A DNA stretch of 61,055 bases, the filler included, from Barthelona sp. PAP020 (taxonomy: Eukaryota): NCBI GenBank assembly GCA_040182905.1. It is 4 parts of 4 records of this genome, joined end to end, with 100 filler letters (N's around TTAATTAATTAA, not from the genome) between each part and the next. Parts side by side here need not be neighbours in the genome. Positions count along the whole stretch, not along the records: positions 1 to 15,271 come from JARQWU010000284.1; positions 15,372 to 30,607 come from JARQWU010000286.1; 2 more parts are not named here. The stretch is one strand, 5' to 3'. The position numbers and the translations under genes are program-made. The notes beneath the pieces were generated by a model. That model saw only the letters and a program-made list of their open reading frames with translations, was not told the DNA's origin and searched no databases. Of this stretch, positions 10,289-21,047 are shown piece after piece (the stretch's first letter is position 1; each line of letters starts with the position of its first letter).

Positions 10289-11755
10289 TTACGAAAGCAT
10301 ATCTTCAACAACAACTTCATCATCCGCTTCTGCTTCATAATTGGCCATTATATTGGTTGGTCTAATAATATTGAAACCATCATATGCTGTTACAACCAGA
10401 CAACCAACCAATTGACTGTGCCAAGCAACTTCTTTAATTTGTGTTTGACCCGCATGAATAAAAAGTAACTGAGGAGGTGTGTCAATCGGCTCATCTTCAT
10501 CTTCATTTTGTTCTTGTTCATCACTATTTTCAACAAGATCAATATCCCAGATGGTAACGGTTCCATTATCAGAAGAAGCAGCAAAACATGTTGCATCGTT
10601 GGGATTCCATCTTATTGAAGTTATGGGATGTCCTTCATTAAAATCAAATTCAAATGAAGGGCGGGTCATGTCATTAAGATCCCAAACCTTGATAATTCCA
10701 TCATCACCTCCAGTAACAATTAAATTAGGAATAGAACTGTTCCAATCAAAGACGTTAATATCTCCATCGTGTGCTTCTGATCTCACCGATAATGTTTGTT
10801 GGGATGATTTCAAGTTCCATAACACTATAGCTTTATCACATCCAACAGATGCAAAAAACTCATTGTTTGAAGGTGAAAAACATATGTCTTCAACGGATGA
10901 ACTGTGACCTTCATAAGATTGAACAGCTTCAAATCCATCCTTTGTAAGGGTATGTAAAACAATTTGTCCATGACAATCACCACTTAAAAGATTTTCATCT
11001 GCCCAAGCCAAAGCATATCCTTCAACAGGGGACTCATAAACATAAATTGGAGGTATCTCCTCCAAATGATTATCCTCTGATAATTTATCAATATGTTCGG
11101 AAATATCCCATATGGCCAGATTTGACCCACTTGTGTTTGTGATCCATGCCGCAATTAAAGAAGGTTTTGAAGGGCAAGCTCTAATACGATTAACAACACC
11201 AGGAACTGGAATTTGAAGGGTTTTTAAGCTTGGATCGTGATTATCTGCAAGGTCTTCATACTCATTGGGATGGGTAGATAATATTTCTGAAACTTCCAAA
11301 ATAATAATTGAATTTTCAGATTTTCCATCTGCTTGAGTACCTGTAACCATATAAAATTCCAAAGGGAATTCAATTCTATGAGCTCCTTTGTCATCAGGCA
11401 AAATATCGAAGGATAAACAAGGCCATCCAACATTAAAACGATGATAAAAATCATAATAGGCAGGATCATAATCTAAGTAAGGTTGCTCTTTAGGTAATTG
11501 ATCCTTACCAGGGACAAAAACCGATGTCTTTGGTTTTGAAGGAAGATTTTTCAATTCTTTTGAAATATTTTCATCAGAAAAATCTTCCAATTGTTCATTC
11601 AAGGCAAATCTAAATCTACCAGTATCATTTTCTTCGATTTCATGCACAATTGTTTCTTCATCTTCTTGTTCAAAACCTTCATCAAAATCAACAAGTTGAT
11701 CATGATCTCCAGGTAAATTAATTCCACCAAAATCTTCGTCTAATTCAAGAGGCAT
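10289..11755 (-). CDS. GRWD1: Glutamate-rich WD40 protein GRWD1/Rrb1
   Basis: Acidic N-terminus, LDYDPAYY, WPCLSFDIL, GTQA, VNRIR, EGYALAW, SVEDICFSP, PPQLLFIHAGQ. Confidence 0.9.
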   Translation of the reverse strand: MPLELDEDFGGINLPGDHDQLVDFDEGFEQEDEETIVHEIEENDTGRFRFALNEQLEDFSDENISKELKNLPSKPKTSVFVPGKDQLPKEQPYLDYDPAYYDFYHRFNVGWPCLSFDILPDDKGAHRIEFPLEFYMVTGTQADGKSENSIIILEVSEILSTHPNEYEDLADNHDPSLKTLQIPVPGVVNRIRACPSKPSLIAAWITNTSGSNLAIWDISEHIDKLSEDNHLEEIPPIYVYESPVEGYALAWADENLLSGDCHGQIVLHTLTKDGFEAVQSYEGHSSSVEDICFSPSNNEFFASVGCDKAIVLWNLKSSQQTLSVRSEAHDGDINVFDWNSSIPNLIVTGGDDGIIKVWDLNDMTRPSFEFDFNEGHPITSIRWNPNDATCFAASSDNGTVTIWDIDLVENSDEQEQNEDEDEPIDTPPQLLFIHAGQTQIKEVAWHSQLVGCLVVTAYDGFNIIRPTNIMANYEAEADDEVVVEDMLS

Positions 11756-11828
11756 GTTTCAAAGAAAACAAAAAAAAAAAAAAAATTTTTTTCGGTGATT
11801 ATTTACAAAAAGAATCATAAAACAAAAA

Positions 11829-12959
11829 TTATTCAACCAAATCAAACATATCTTTCCAAGTTTTAATAACGAACAAAGCTTGGGAAGGGTCATTATTTGA
11901 GTGAGTCAATTCACAAACATTTCGACCCCATTCTTCCAAATCGGAAATTATTTCAATAACAGTTAATAATTTTTCTAAGGAATTTATCAGCAAAGTTGGA
12001 TGTTTTATTTTTAAAACTCTACAAGCGTCAACAAGAATATTTCGCACCAAATTTTCTGGTAAACTCAAAACAATAGACAATCCCAATTCATGAATTTCTT
12101 TATCTCTTCGAATAGCTTCAATAGTTGTGTCATCATGTGCAAAAACTGGTTGAAAATCAATTAAAGGTTCATCTTTCCTTAAAAGATCCTCTATTTGATC
12201 TTCTAATTCTTTGTTCTTTTGTGAAACTTTTGCATATTCTGATAAAGTAGGTAAGCTGTCCTTTTCCGCCATCAAATTCTCTAATTGTTCTTTCAATTCT
12301 TTAATTTCCTGCTCGAATAAATATTTTTCTTTGTCAAATTTATTCTTTTGATTTTCGTTAATTTCAATGCTCTCTACCAGCGTTTGTTGCAATCTAATGT
12401 TTTCATTTTGTGTCAATTTTAATTCTTCAATCAAATTCTCTATTTTTTTGGGAACATAAGAATTTCCTGTCTCAATAAATATTTCTTTCAATGATTCTTC
12501 ATCTAATATTGGATTCCCTTTGTTTTTGAAGACACTCAAAGCAGAATTTTCTTCAAACATTAATAATTTCAACAATTTTTCGTTTAAATCTTTGACATTG
12601 GACAGTTCTCGGCTCAAATTTTTGTTTTCATTCTCATATAATTTTACAATTTGTTTAAAATGCTTTTCAACCATTCTTGGATGAATTGCCGTCGAGTTTT
12701 TATGAGAAATAGGAACAGATTGTTTGTATGTTTCAACTAATTTAGCAATTTCTTTCTCTTCAGTGAATTTATCATCAATAATATTTTGCATTTCATTTTC
12801 TAATTGATAATAGTTTTCTCGGCATTCAATTAACGACTGTTTTAAAGTGACAACAAGATTGTCCAACTTCTCATTTCGTTCAACTAATTCATTAATTCGT
12901 TCATTGGCTTCATCTAACTCAAATAAAACCCTTGAATGAACTGATTTAGAGACAGACAT
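11829..12959 (-). CDS. Coiled-coil protein, possibly CEP70-like
   Basis: 376 aa heptad-rich ORF; the family guess rests only on IRRDKEIHELGL...DACRVLKI. Confidence 0.55.
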   Translation of the reverse strand: MSVSKSVHSRVLFELDEANERINELVERNEKLDNLVVTLKQSLIECRENYYQLENEMQNIIDDKFTEEKEIAKLVETYKQSVPISHKNSTAIHPRMVEKHFKQIVKLYENENKNLSRELSNVKDLNEKLLKLLMFEENSALSVFKNKGNPILDEESLKEIFIETGNSYVPKKIENLIEELKLTQNENIRLQQTLVESIEINENQKNKFDKEKYLFEQEIKELKEQLENLMAEKDSLPTLSEYAKVSQKNKELEDQIEDLLRKDEPLIDFQPVFAHDDTTIEAIRRDKEIHELGLSIVLSLPENLVRNILVDACRVLKIKHPTLLINSLEKLLTVIEIISDLEEWGRNVCELTHSNNDPSQALFVIKTWKDMFDLVE

Positions 12960-13118
12960 TCTAAAAAATCATTTCTACTTTGTTTCAAAAGCTCATAAAA
13001 AGTTCAACAATGAAAGTTTTTTTTATGTTGCCATGACAATTAACAAAAATAAAAGCATTAAAAAAAGTGAATCAGAGTTCGATGCCAAGCCTGAACATTT
13101 TTTTTTGTTGTTATTTTT

Positions 13119-14126
13119 ATGCTGGATACCCCTGAAACATTCTTTCCTTTTGTAGGGATTGTATTATTATTTCTTATTATTGCATTTTCCAAATATTTTG
13201 TAGTTGTTCGTCATACTGAAGTTATGATTGTTGAACGTCTTGGACAGTACAATAGAACATTAACACCTGGGTTTCATTTTTTGATTCCTTTTATTGATGA
13301 ACTTCGTCAAGTTGATTGGAGATATATTATTGTTGAAAATGGAAAAACTGAAGTTAAACACAAAACTGGTCCACGTATTGATTTGAGAGAACAAGTTTTA
13401 GATTTCTCCAGACAAAATGTAATTACTAAAGATAATGTACCAATGATTGTCGATGCAGTTCTTTATTATCAAATTCTTGATCCTCGTATGGCTGTTTTTA
13501 ACATTAAAAATTTGCCAGATTCTATTGAATTATTAACAAAATCCACTTTAAGAAATATTATGGCCTCATTGTCTTTGGATGATACATTTAGTTCTCGTGA
13601 GGAAATTTCCAATAAATTGTTGGAACACACCATAAAAGATTGTGAAAGATGGGGTGTTCAAATTCATCGTGTTGAGATTCAAAATATTGACGTTTCTACC
13701 GGGGTTGAAATTGCTATGGAATCTCAAATTAAAGAAGAAAGAGCAAGAAGAAGTGTTGTTTTAACTGCTGATGGAGATCGTGAAAGTCAAATTATTTATT
13801 CTAGAGGGGAAGCAGCTTCTAAAATTTTAATTTCTGAAGCTCAAAGAGCTGTTTGGACAAATCAAGCTAGAGGAGATGCTCAAGCTATAAAACAAGTTGC
13901 TGAAGCTGAAGCATCATACATTAACAAATTACGTGAGGCCATTGAGGAAACTGATTTTGATAAAAATAACAAAATAACCGCTTCACAGTATTTTTTGGCT
14001 TGTGAATATTTAGAAGCATTGAAAGAGTTGGTTAGTACAGAAACCAATTTAGTTTTGGTTCCTTCAAATTCTGAAAACTTTATTGAAGAGTTTTTCCAAA
14101 CTAATTCTTTAGTTAGTCGTTCTTAA
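13119..14126 (+). CDS. SPFH/Band 7 protein (paraslipin/QmcA-like)
   Basis: N-terminal TM; IVERLGQY..TLTPGFHFLIPFID, VITKDNV, TLRNIM, WGVQIHRVEIQ; coiled-coil tail. Confidence 0.9.
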   Translation: MLDTPETFFPFVGIVLLFLIIAFSKYFVVVRHTEVMIVERLGQYNRTLTPGFHFLIPFIDELRQVDWRYIIVENGKTEVKHKTGPRIDLREQVLDFSRQNVITKDNVPMIVDAVLYYQILDPRMAVFNIKNLPDSIELLTKSTLRNIMASLSLDDTFSSREEISNKLLEHTIKDCERWGVQIHRVEIQNIDVSTGVEIAMESQIKEERARRSVVLTADGDRESQIIYSRGEAASKILISEAQRAVWTNQARGDAQAIKQVAEAEASYINKLREAIEETDFDKNNKITASQYFLACEYLEALKELVSTETNLVLVPSNSENFIEEFFQTNSLVSRS

Positions 14127-14224
14127 TTGGTGAAATAGTTTAATTTGTTGTAGTTTATAAAAATATATGATTTTTGTGGATAAGAGCAAGGGGTTTTTTT
14201 TTTCAATGTCTCACACATTTTTTT

Positions 14225-14938
14225 ATGTTAACTGATGACTTGAAAGAACAAATTGAAATAATTAAACTGTGCTTTGAAAATGTTGAACTCAATTGTGATG
14301 AAATTAATAATTATGTATATTTTGAAATAACCGCACCAATGACCTGTTTAATAAAGTTTGTTTTTGATGAAGATTCAAATTTGAAAGATTTTCAAATATT
14401 TTCTAAAAAACTGACAAAGAAAGACATTGAAGACATGAATGTCATTGAAACTTTTAATTCTAATGATTTTGTTTCGACAATAACACAATTAATTGATATA
14501 TTTGAAAATTTCTGTGGGCAGTTTGAACATTCCAGTAATTTGATTGACAATTCTGCAAAAGAGTCAATAGGTTCATCTGATGATAGACAAATTTATGGTT
14601 GTATGATGAGATTTCATCACATTTATTCGTCTCATAAAAAAAAAATGATTGCTAAATGGATGAATTTGTGTGAATTGTCTGGAGGAAGATTTCGACAAGG
14701 TAGTGTTTTTTTAGTGTACGTTGAAGGTGTATTAGACAACGTCAAAAGCTATTATTCATTATTAAGAGGATTAAATTGGAAAAAAATGACAAAAGTTTGG
14801 GAATCTTCAGTTGACAGCTTTGCGTTTGATGCATTTAACATTAAAGAATTTGAAGATTTCAATGAAATGAGAGATTTTTTCTCTAACATAAATAGATTGG
14901 AAGCCCTAGAAGCTGCTATGAGATTGGAATTAAATTGA
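14225..14938 (+). CDS. RWDD2/DUF1115-like protein
   Basis: FHHIYSSHKKKMIAKW...ELSG...VYVEG...LRGLNWKKM resembles the RWDD2 C-terminal domain; first ATG at 14225. Confidence 0.65.
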   Translation: MLTDDLKEQIEIIKLCFENVELNCDEINNYVYFEITAPMTCLIKFVFDEDSNLKDFQIFSKKLTKKDIEDMNVIETFNSNDFVSTITQLIDIFENFCGQFEHSSNLIDNSAKESIGSSDDRQIYGCMMRFHHIYSSHKKKMIAKWMNLCELSGGRFRQGSVFLVYVEGVLDNVKSYYSLLRGLNWKKMTKVWESSVDSFAFDAFNIKEFEDFNEMRDFFSNINRLEALEAAMRLELN

Positions 14939-15271
14939 CTGATTGAGTTTTTTTTCATCAAAATTAAGTTCAAGTTATTCATGTTATTTGTGATTTATTC
15001 AAGTCAAATAGAACTTATATGTCCATCATTCACACATATACATGCTGAAGTTAAAAAACATGGATGATACATTTTTTGACAAAATCAATTGTCTTTTTTA
15101 TTAAAAATATTTTTCAAATCTTCAAAACATTTTTAGCATCTTAATAAATATCATTATATTGTTTTTTCTTTTCTTTTTTTTTTTTTTTTTTTTTTGAATG
15201 TATTTTTTTTTTTTTTTTCATTTTTTTTTTCTTTTTTTTTTTTTTCATTTTTTTTACATTTTTTCCCCTTT

Positions 15272-15371
15272 NNNNNNNNNNNNNNNNNNNNNNNNNNNNN
15301 NNNNNNNNNNNNNNNTTAATTAATTAANNNNNNNNNNNNNNNNNNNNNNNNNNNNNNNNNNNNNNNNNNNN
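15272..15371. other. Artificial contig spacer
   Basis: N44-TTAATTAATTAA-N44, a six-frame stop linker. Confidence 0.98.
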
Positions 15372-15420
15372 AAACTTTTATTTAGATAATCGCCCCATCC
15401 ACACCTAAAGTATTTCTTTT

Positions 15421-15538
15421 TTTTTTAAGAGTGTTCTGAACCATCCACGCAAAACGACTCAGTTGCAAGTACCTCCAAACTCTAACCGAGAACAATAAAG
15501 ATCTTTATAAACATTTATTATTATTGTTGTGTGAATTG
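15421..15538. repeat. Dispersed repeat A, copy 1
   Basis: 114/118 nt identical to 45411-45528; weaker similarity continues at about 15637-15665. Confidence 0.92.
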
Positions 15539-15720
15539 ACAAACACTAACTAGCCAACCTTCTCATCCTATAATCCTTGTAAAAGCTTTTATAATCATTT
15601 TCTGTTTTGCATCATGAATTGTCGTGTGAAGCCTTTAATTTTGCCCTTTGGTCCAACGTGAATTGAGAGTTTAAAACAACGAGACTCGATCCTTCTCCTT
15701 CTTTCTTGGTTTTAGAAAAT

Positions 15721-15803
15721 CGGTGACAAGGAGATTCGAACTCCTGCGCCCGCAAGGGCAAATGATTTCAAGTCACACGTCTTAACCACTCGACCATGTC
15801 ACC
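15721..15803 (-). tRNA. tRNA-Ser (anticodon TGA)
   Basis: Acceptor GGTGACA/TGTCACC plus G73; D arm GTC..GAC; loop CT-TGA-AA; long variable arm GCCC-TTGC-GGGC; T arm AGGAG-TTCGAAT-CTCCT; TTTT downstream. Confidence 0.95.
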
Positions 15804-17550
15804 GTAGAATTAGTTATTTTTATTTTTTTTAAATAAACATGTTATTTTTTATAAATTTTTTAATTTCAGACAATTTTATTGAATTTTGAATTTTTTGTGA
15901 TCATTCAAAAAAGTAACATTTATTTTCAAATAAAAAAGGAATTATATATTAGTGAATAAAATAAAATAATATTCATTCAGAATTTAGATAAAAACTTTTA
16001 AAGTTTTATTAATCAGTTAAATAATTTTAAATTTTAAAAATAGAAGTATTAAAAAAAAAAGGTGGAAGTTCATTTCCAATGAATGGAATTTGTTAGAGAT
16101 ATAAAGAGGTCATCAAATATCACTTCCGTTATTTGTTGTTTCTTAATCACCTTTAAGTCCAATTTTTTTTAAGTTACTTCAGCATCTGAATCTACTTGAG
16201 TTTTTCCCAAACCTTAGGCCAACTCGTTTCTTTGTTCACTGAACAACTCAAACCTCATAAATATATAATAAAGAATGGAATATTTTTCTGACATTCTCTC
16301 ATTAGATCATTTGTATTTTATTTCAGTCCCTTAATTTCCCCTTTGAGGTTTTGACTGAAATTTGCAAGAAGTTTTTTGAGTTTTCTATGTGCATAAATAT
16401 AGTTATTTTACAACTTAACCAAAACTTAATAGTAATAATTTGCAACAAAGATTGGTTAAATCAAAAAATAACTACATTCATTTATAGTGAAGTAAACACA
16501 GAAAACTCAAAAGCAAAGTATGAAAATTTTGATGAAATTTTCTTTCCCATGTTTGTCACATTTGGTAAAAACAAAGTTTTAAAATATTTAACTTTTACTT
16601 TTGAAAAATAAAGTTTCAACAGACAAATCAGGCCTCGAAAGCGCTTAATCAAATAATTACTATTCTTTCTCATTTATTTATACTCATAGTGCTTCTTGGT
16701 TTTTATTTTATTTTTCAATTGTCTTTTCTTTTATATTGGAAACATTTCTTTGCTTCAATGGATCAATCTCTCCTTGAAAACCTTCAACCAAACAAGCATT
16801 ATTCTTTCTCATTCACTCAATCAGACAGCGTTTTTTTGTTTGGAAATAAAATTGATGGTATTGTGGTATTGTGAAAGATGGAAATTGAATAGCATTCACT
16901 GCTGAATTCTGATTGCTTACAAGGTTTTCCAGCAAAATATTTAAGAAAATTGAATGCTATTTGGCTTCATAAATTACACACAAGCAACAAATCTCTCTTA
17001 AAAAATTGCCCAATCAAATAATTTTTTTGGGCTCACCACATATGTTCGGTATTTCTACTGGATGCCAGACAGAAAAGCTATTTCAAGGATTTCCAAGTTT
17101 GGAGTTTTTTTTGATGATTTCTGACATATTTAGATAATATGTGAAAACTTGACAAACGTCAACAAAGAATGGATGATAAAAAATTGCAAAAGATATCGTT
17201 TTTGTTGGTTTTAACATTCACATTTTCGATAAATCAAAACATGAAAAATTTTCACTAGTTGAAAAACAAGAAATATCCTAAAAATTTTTGATTTTTGGAC
17301 AATAAAGAAAGTTAAAACAATTCTCTAACAATAATATGTAAGTTTTTAAATGAAAAACTGTAATTTCGAGACTTTTTTTCCTTTTCCTTTGCAGGTTGAA
17401 ATGAGCTTTTAAAAATGTTATTATTTTTTGAACATTTTTTATACTGTTTATTGGTGTGTCAAATTTAAGGAATAACTTGAAGAATTATTTTTTTAGGCAA
17501 AAACAAAAAAATTTGAGAAAAAAAAAAGTTGTAATTTTATTCTTTTTTCA

Positions 17551-19647
17551 ATGAAAATCACAAAGTTTTCAGAACTTAAGAAAATATGTGATGCACAAAA
17601 AAATTGTGTTTCATCTGAGATGGACGAAATTATTAGTTATCTTTCAATTTTGAAAGAAACTAAAAAAAAAACCTGTTTGAAGGAAGATTTATCTTTAAAT
17701 AGGCAAATTTCTAAAGAAGATTTGAATAATTTGTTTAAACTACAGTCTGAACAAATTCTATTCAGAAATTCTTTTAAAAATTCTTTGAATATTGATTTCG
17801 ATGAAAAAAACGTTGTTGATTGTATTATTTTATCGTCAAATCCAATTTTTGTCGCAATTTTGACCTGTTCTTCCCTGTTTATTCTTTGTTTGGATAAAGA
17901 AGAGGCATATTCTTTTGATGATATTGACTTTGAAGAATGGTATAATTGCAAACTGAATTATTTGAAAGAAGACCAAATGTTGGTATGTACTCAAAACCAT
18001 ATTAATGGAAGTGAGACTAGAACTGTTCAGTTATTATTGAGATTTTCCCATCATTCAGTTGAAATTGTTGATACTTCTTTTATTGTTGACTCAAAAAGTG
18101 ATTTTAAATGGACATGTCATATGCCTGACAGATGGCAAATTGTTTATGAGGAAAACTCATTAAAATTTCAGTTGGTTTGTGATGACAAAAATACTGCCTG
18201 CTACATTGAGGAAAAAGAACTTCCGTTGATTTTGAAACATGAAGGAGAAACTTTGTCAAAGTTATCAGAATCTTATGAAATCGTGAGATATGCTGAAGGG
18301 GCCACATTTCCCTGTTTATTTTTGATGAAAAAGAGCACAAACGAAATTCATCGATTTTATCTCACGGTTAATCAAAGAAACCAAACCCTCGAATACGTAT
18401 TATTACCCTCATTAAAGCCCAATGTAATTGGAACAATATTAGACTTTGTTGTTTTAAAAGATGGTTGTTCGTTGATGTTTGCAACATCACAAGGCATTGA
18501 GATTCAATATTTTATTGATTTTGCAATCATACAACCAATGGTCTCATACAAACTATTTATGGATTTGGATGATTATCCAACTTTGAGGGATTATTGTCTT
18601 TTAAATGGTTTTGTTTCAAAAGATGTTTTGAAAAGCTACAAAAAATCTACTCAGAAATCAAAAATCCAGCTGGCTGGTACCATGTACAATGATGTTTGGA
18701 GATGTGGCATTGAAGTTATGGATATTTCTCCAGAAGATGTATTTACTCTTCAATGTGATATTGAAGGGATGGAAGGCATCGGAGAATATTTGGAAAACTT
18801 AAACATCTTTTTCCTAAACAGGAACATGGATCCAAGATACTTTTATCAAACGTATTATACACTGGAAAAAATGTTAATGGCCTTTTTGAATGATGAAGAC
18901 AGACCTTTTAATGAGTTCATAAGAGATTTTCTGAAAGTTTTCATTTACTCTGAAGATGCTGACATCTTTGAGTTGTTTGAAAATGTGAATCTGAATAACA
19001 ATGCTGATCATTATGGTGATTTCATCTTGCCATTGGGGGCAGATGATACAGAGATTACTCAATTGAGTGATGAAAATCCTATTATTTTGATAGGAAATCG
19101 CTTAAAAACCTGCATTATGGAGGAAAAAGAACAAGAATTTTCAAACATTGTTGAGTTGGAGTGTCCAGATGTCGATTTTCGAAGAAATATTATCAATAAT
19201 TTCATATGGCAGGAAGAGATGGAGGATACACTTTCTTTCAATTTGATCTCCTTTTGCTTGCACAAATGGTATGAATCCAATGAATCAGGGGAGAAATTTT
19301 ATTGCATGCTTCAATCCTTACTTCATTCATTTGAGTTTGATTCCCCTTTGGGATTTGAAAGGCATTTTTGCAATATATTGGAAAATATGATTCGAGCAGA
19401 AGAACACATGGTGTGTGATAGTCAGAAACGTTTGAACAATGTAAATGTTTTCAAAAAATATCCAATTTTGTCCAATTTATTTGATTGTGTGATGGATCAT
19501 CTTTATAATACTATAAATGAAAGAGAAAAAATTGTTGATTTTTTCATGGTTCGTCTGCTGTTATGTTTTAAAGATAATGCAAAGTATATTGGATCAAGAA
19601 TTTTGTATTGTCTATATATTCTGTGCAAAAATAATGGGCGTCGATGA
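17551..19647 (+). CDS. Hypothetical protein, 698 aa
   Basis: Long ORF with host-like codon usage; no motif recognised. Confidence 0.7.
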   Translation: MKITKFSELKKICDAQKNCVSSEMDEIISYLSILKETKKKTCLKEDLSLNRQISKEDLNNLFKLQSEQILFRNSFKNSLNIDFDEKNVVDCIILSSNPIFVAILTCSSLFILCLDKEEAYSFDDIDFEEWYNCKLNYLKEDQMLVCTQNHINGSETRTVQLLLRFSHHSVEIVDTSFIVDSKSDFKWTCHMPDRWQIVYEENSLKFQLVCDDKNTACYIEEKELPLILKHEGETLSKLSESYEIVRYAEGATFPCLFLMKKSTNEIHRFYLTVNQRNQTLEYVLLPSLKPNVIGTILDFVVLKDGCSLMFATSQGIEIQYFIDFAIIQPMVSYKLFMDLDDYPTLRDYCLLNGFVSKDVLKSYKKSTQKSKIQLAGTMYNDVWRCGIEVMDISPEDVFTLQCDIEGMEGIGEYLENLNIFFLNRNMDPRYFYQTYYTLEKMLMAFLNDEDRPFNEFIRDFLKVFIYSEDADIFELFENVNLNNNADHYGDFILPLGADDTEITQLSDENPIILIGNRLKTCIMEEKEQEFSNIVELECPDVDFRRNIINNFIWQEEMEDTLSFNLISFCLHKWYESNESGEKFYCMLQSLLHSFEFDSPLGFERHFCNILENMIRAEEHMVCDSQKRLNNVNVFKKYPILSNLFDCVMDHLYNTINEREKIVDFFMVRLLLCFKDNAKYIGSRILYCLYILCKNNGRR

Positions 19648-19742
19648 TAGTGACCAAATTTAATGATGGGGGTTTTATTGTTTTTCATTTACTTGAGACA
19701 TTTAAAGATCCTCAAACCTCAAATACCATCTATGTATTTGTG

Positions 19743-20032
19743 TTGTAAATTGAAAGATCATTTTTTCATAAATTTAAAAGACTTTTATTTTTGTGTTAAC
19801 CCATTACGTTGGGTTTAGTATAGTTAGAAGTTTTTCGATGACGAAGATTTTGGGATGTTTGATGCTTAGAATTGTTCTTGTTTATATCATCTCTATGTTT
19901 GAGGTCTTATCTGAAGTTTCTTCGACTTTTGTTGAACTCTCCGAGTAATGCTTGTATCTTAACTACTGTCCCATATGTGGGTTATACATGTCTTCTTTAT
20001 GAAAATGTTTGTAAATTAAAAGATCATTTTTT
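19743..20032. repeat. 24-nt direct repeat pair flanking about 240 nt (TSD-like)
   Basis: ttgtaaatt[g/a]aaagatcatttttt at 19743-19766 and 20009-20032. Confidence 0.6.
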
Positions 20033-21047
20033 TTTTCTTGAGTTGAAAACAAAAAGAGAAAAGCAAAAAAAAATGTGGAAAATTGTGCGGAAGGAACATT
20101 ATTTGTTTTTGTTAATACATGTGTGAAATTCACTCGAATTATGGGAAGTATTAATAGTCAACCTAAATTATTGTCATGATAAGAAGAGAAACAAATACTT
20201 TGATAAAGAGTTTATAGATTGATTAAAAAAAGGTAAGACTTTAAAAAAAACTATGAAATTAATTTGTAATAATTGAATAAAATGAAAATTTGATTGTTAT
20301 GATATTGGTTGTCAAGCAGGCAAACATCTTGTTTTTTTAACAGTTTTGGTTTCCTTTTTTACACACTTTTTGATATATTTAAAGCTAAAAATTTATGATT
20401 TATGGATAATATTGTTTTAAAGAGAAAATGATATTACAATTTCAATATGATTGAGGAAAAAGATTACTTGATGAGTTTAAGTGTTTTTTCCAAAGTACCA
20501 GTAATGGAATACTTCTGTAACACATAGAGTAACGATGAATCCATCCACAATATTGTGAATGATGACTAAGGCTTCATTTTGATTATGTTGAGGACAATAG
20601 AAAAGTGACAGTTAAAAAATATGGTGAAGTTGAGAAAAATTGAATGATAATCTCATCTTGCCAGCTAACATAAAATACATCCACAAAAGACACTGAATTC
20701 ATTGCCTTGCCCAAAACAAAATAGAATAAGAACTATTAATACACAAATAAGTGCATGTTCCTCATATTCCTTAACACTTTGCTTTTATTTATGTTAAAGA
20801 AAGTCTAGTATGTGGCAAGAACTATTCTTCATTCATATAATTGCTGACACGAATTTTCTGATCATTTGAGTGAACAACACACAACACTTTCTTTGGATAA
20901 TTCAATGATTTCTTGTTGCTTTGAAGTGGAATGTCAAATTGAGAGGTTGTGTCACTTTCACATCTTCCACATTCCAGTTGTATCCCATCATGTAAAAGTC
21001 CAAACAAGAAGATGGTCCCATGCCAACATGAAAGAAAAATATTGAGC

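Noticed and set aside
15316..15327. Palindromic TTAATTAATTAA between N runs (three times)
   Set aside because: Synthetic six-frame stop linker
16758..17120. Coding-like fragments with several stops (also about 20520-21030 and 28600-28740)
   Set aside because: Possibly pseudogene debris, but no recognisable parent family to support a call
17338..17394. GTAAGT...TTTGCAG intron-like segment
   Set aside because: No branch motif at the local spacing and no reading frame restored
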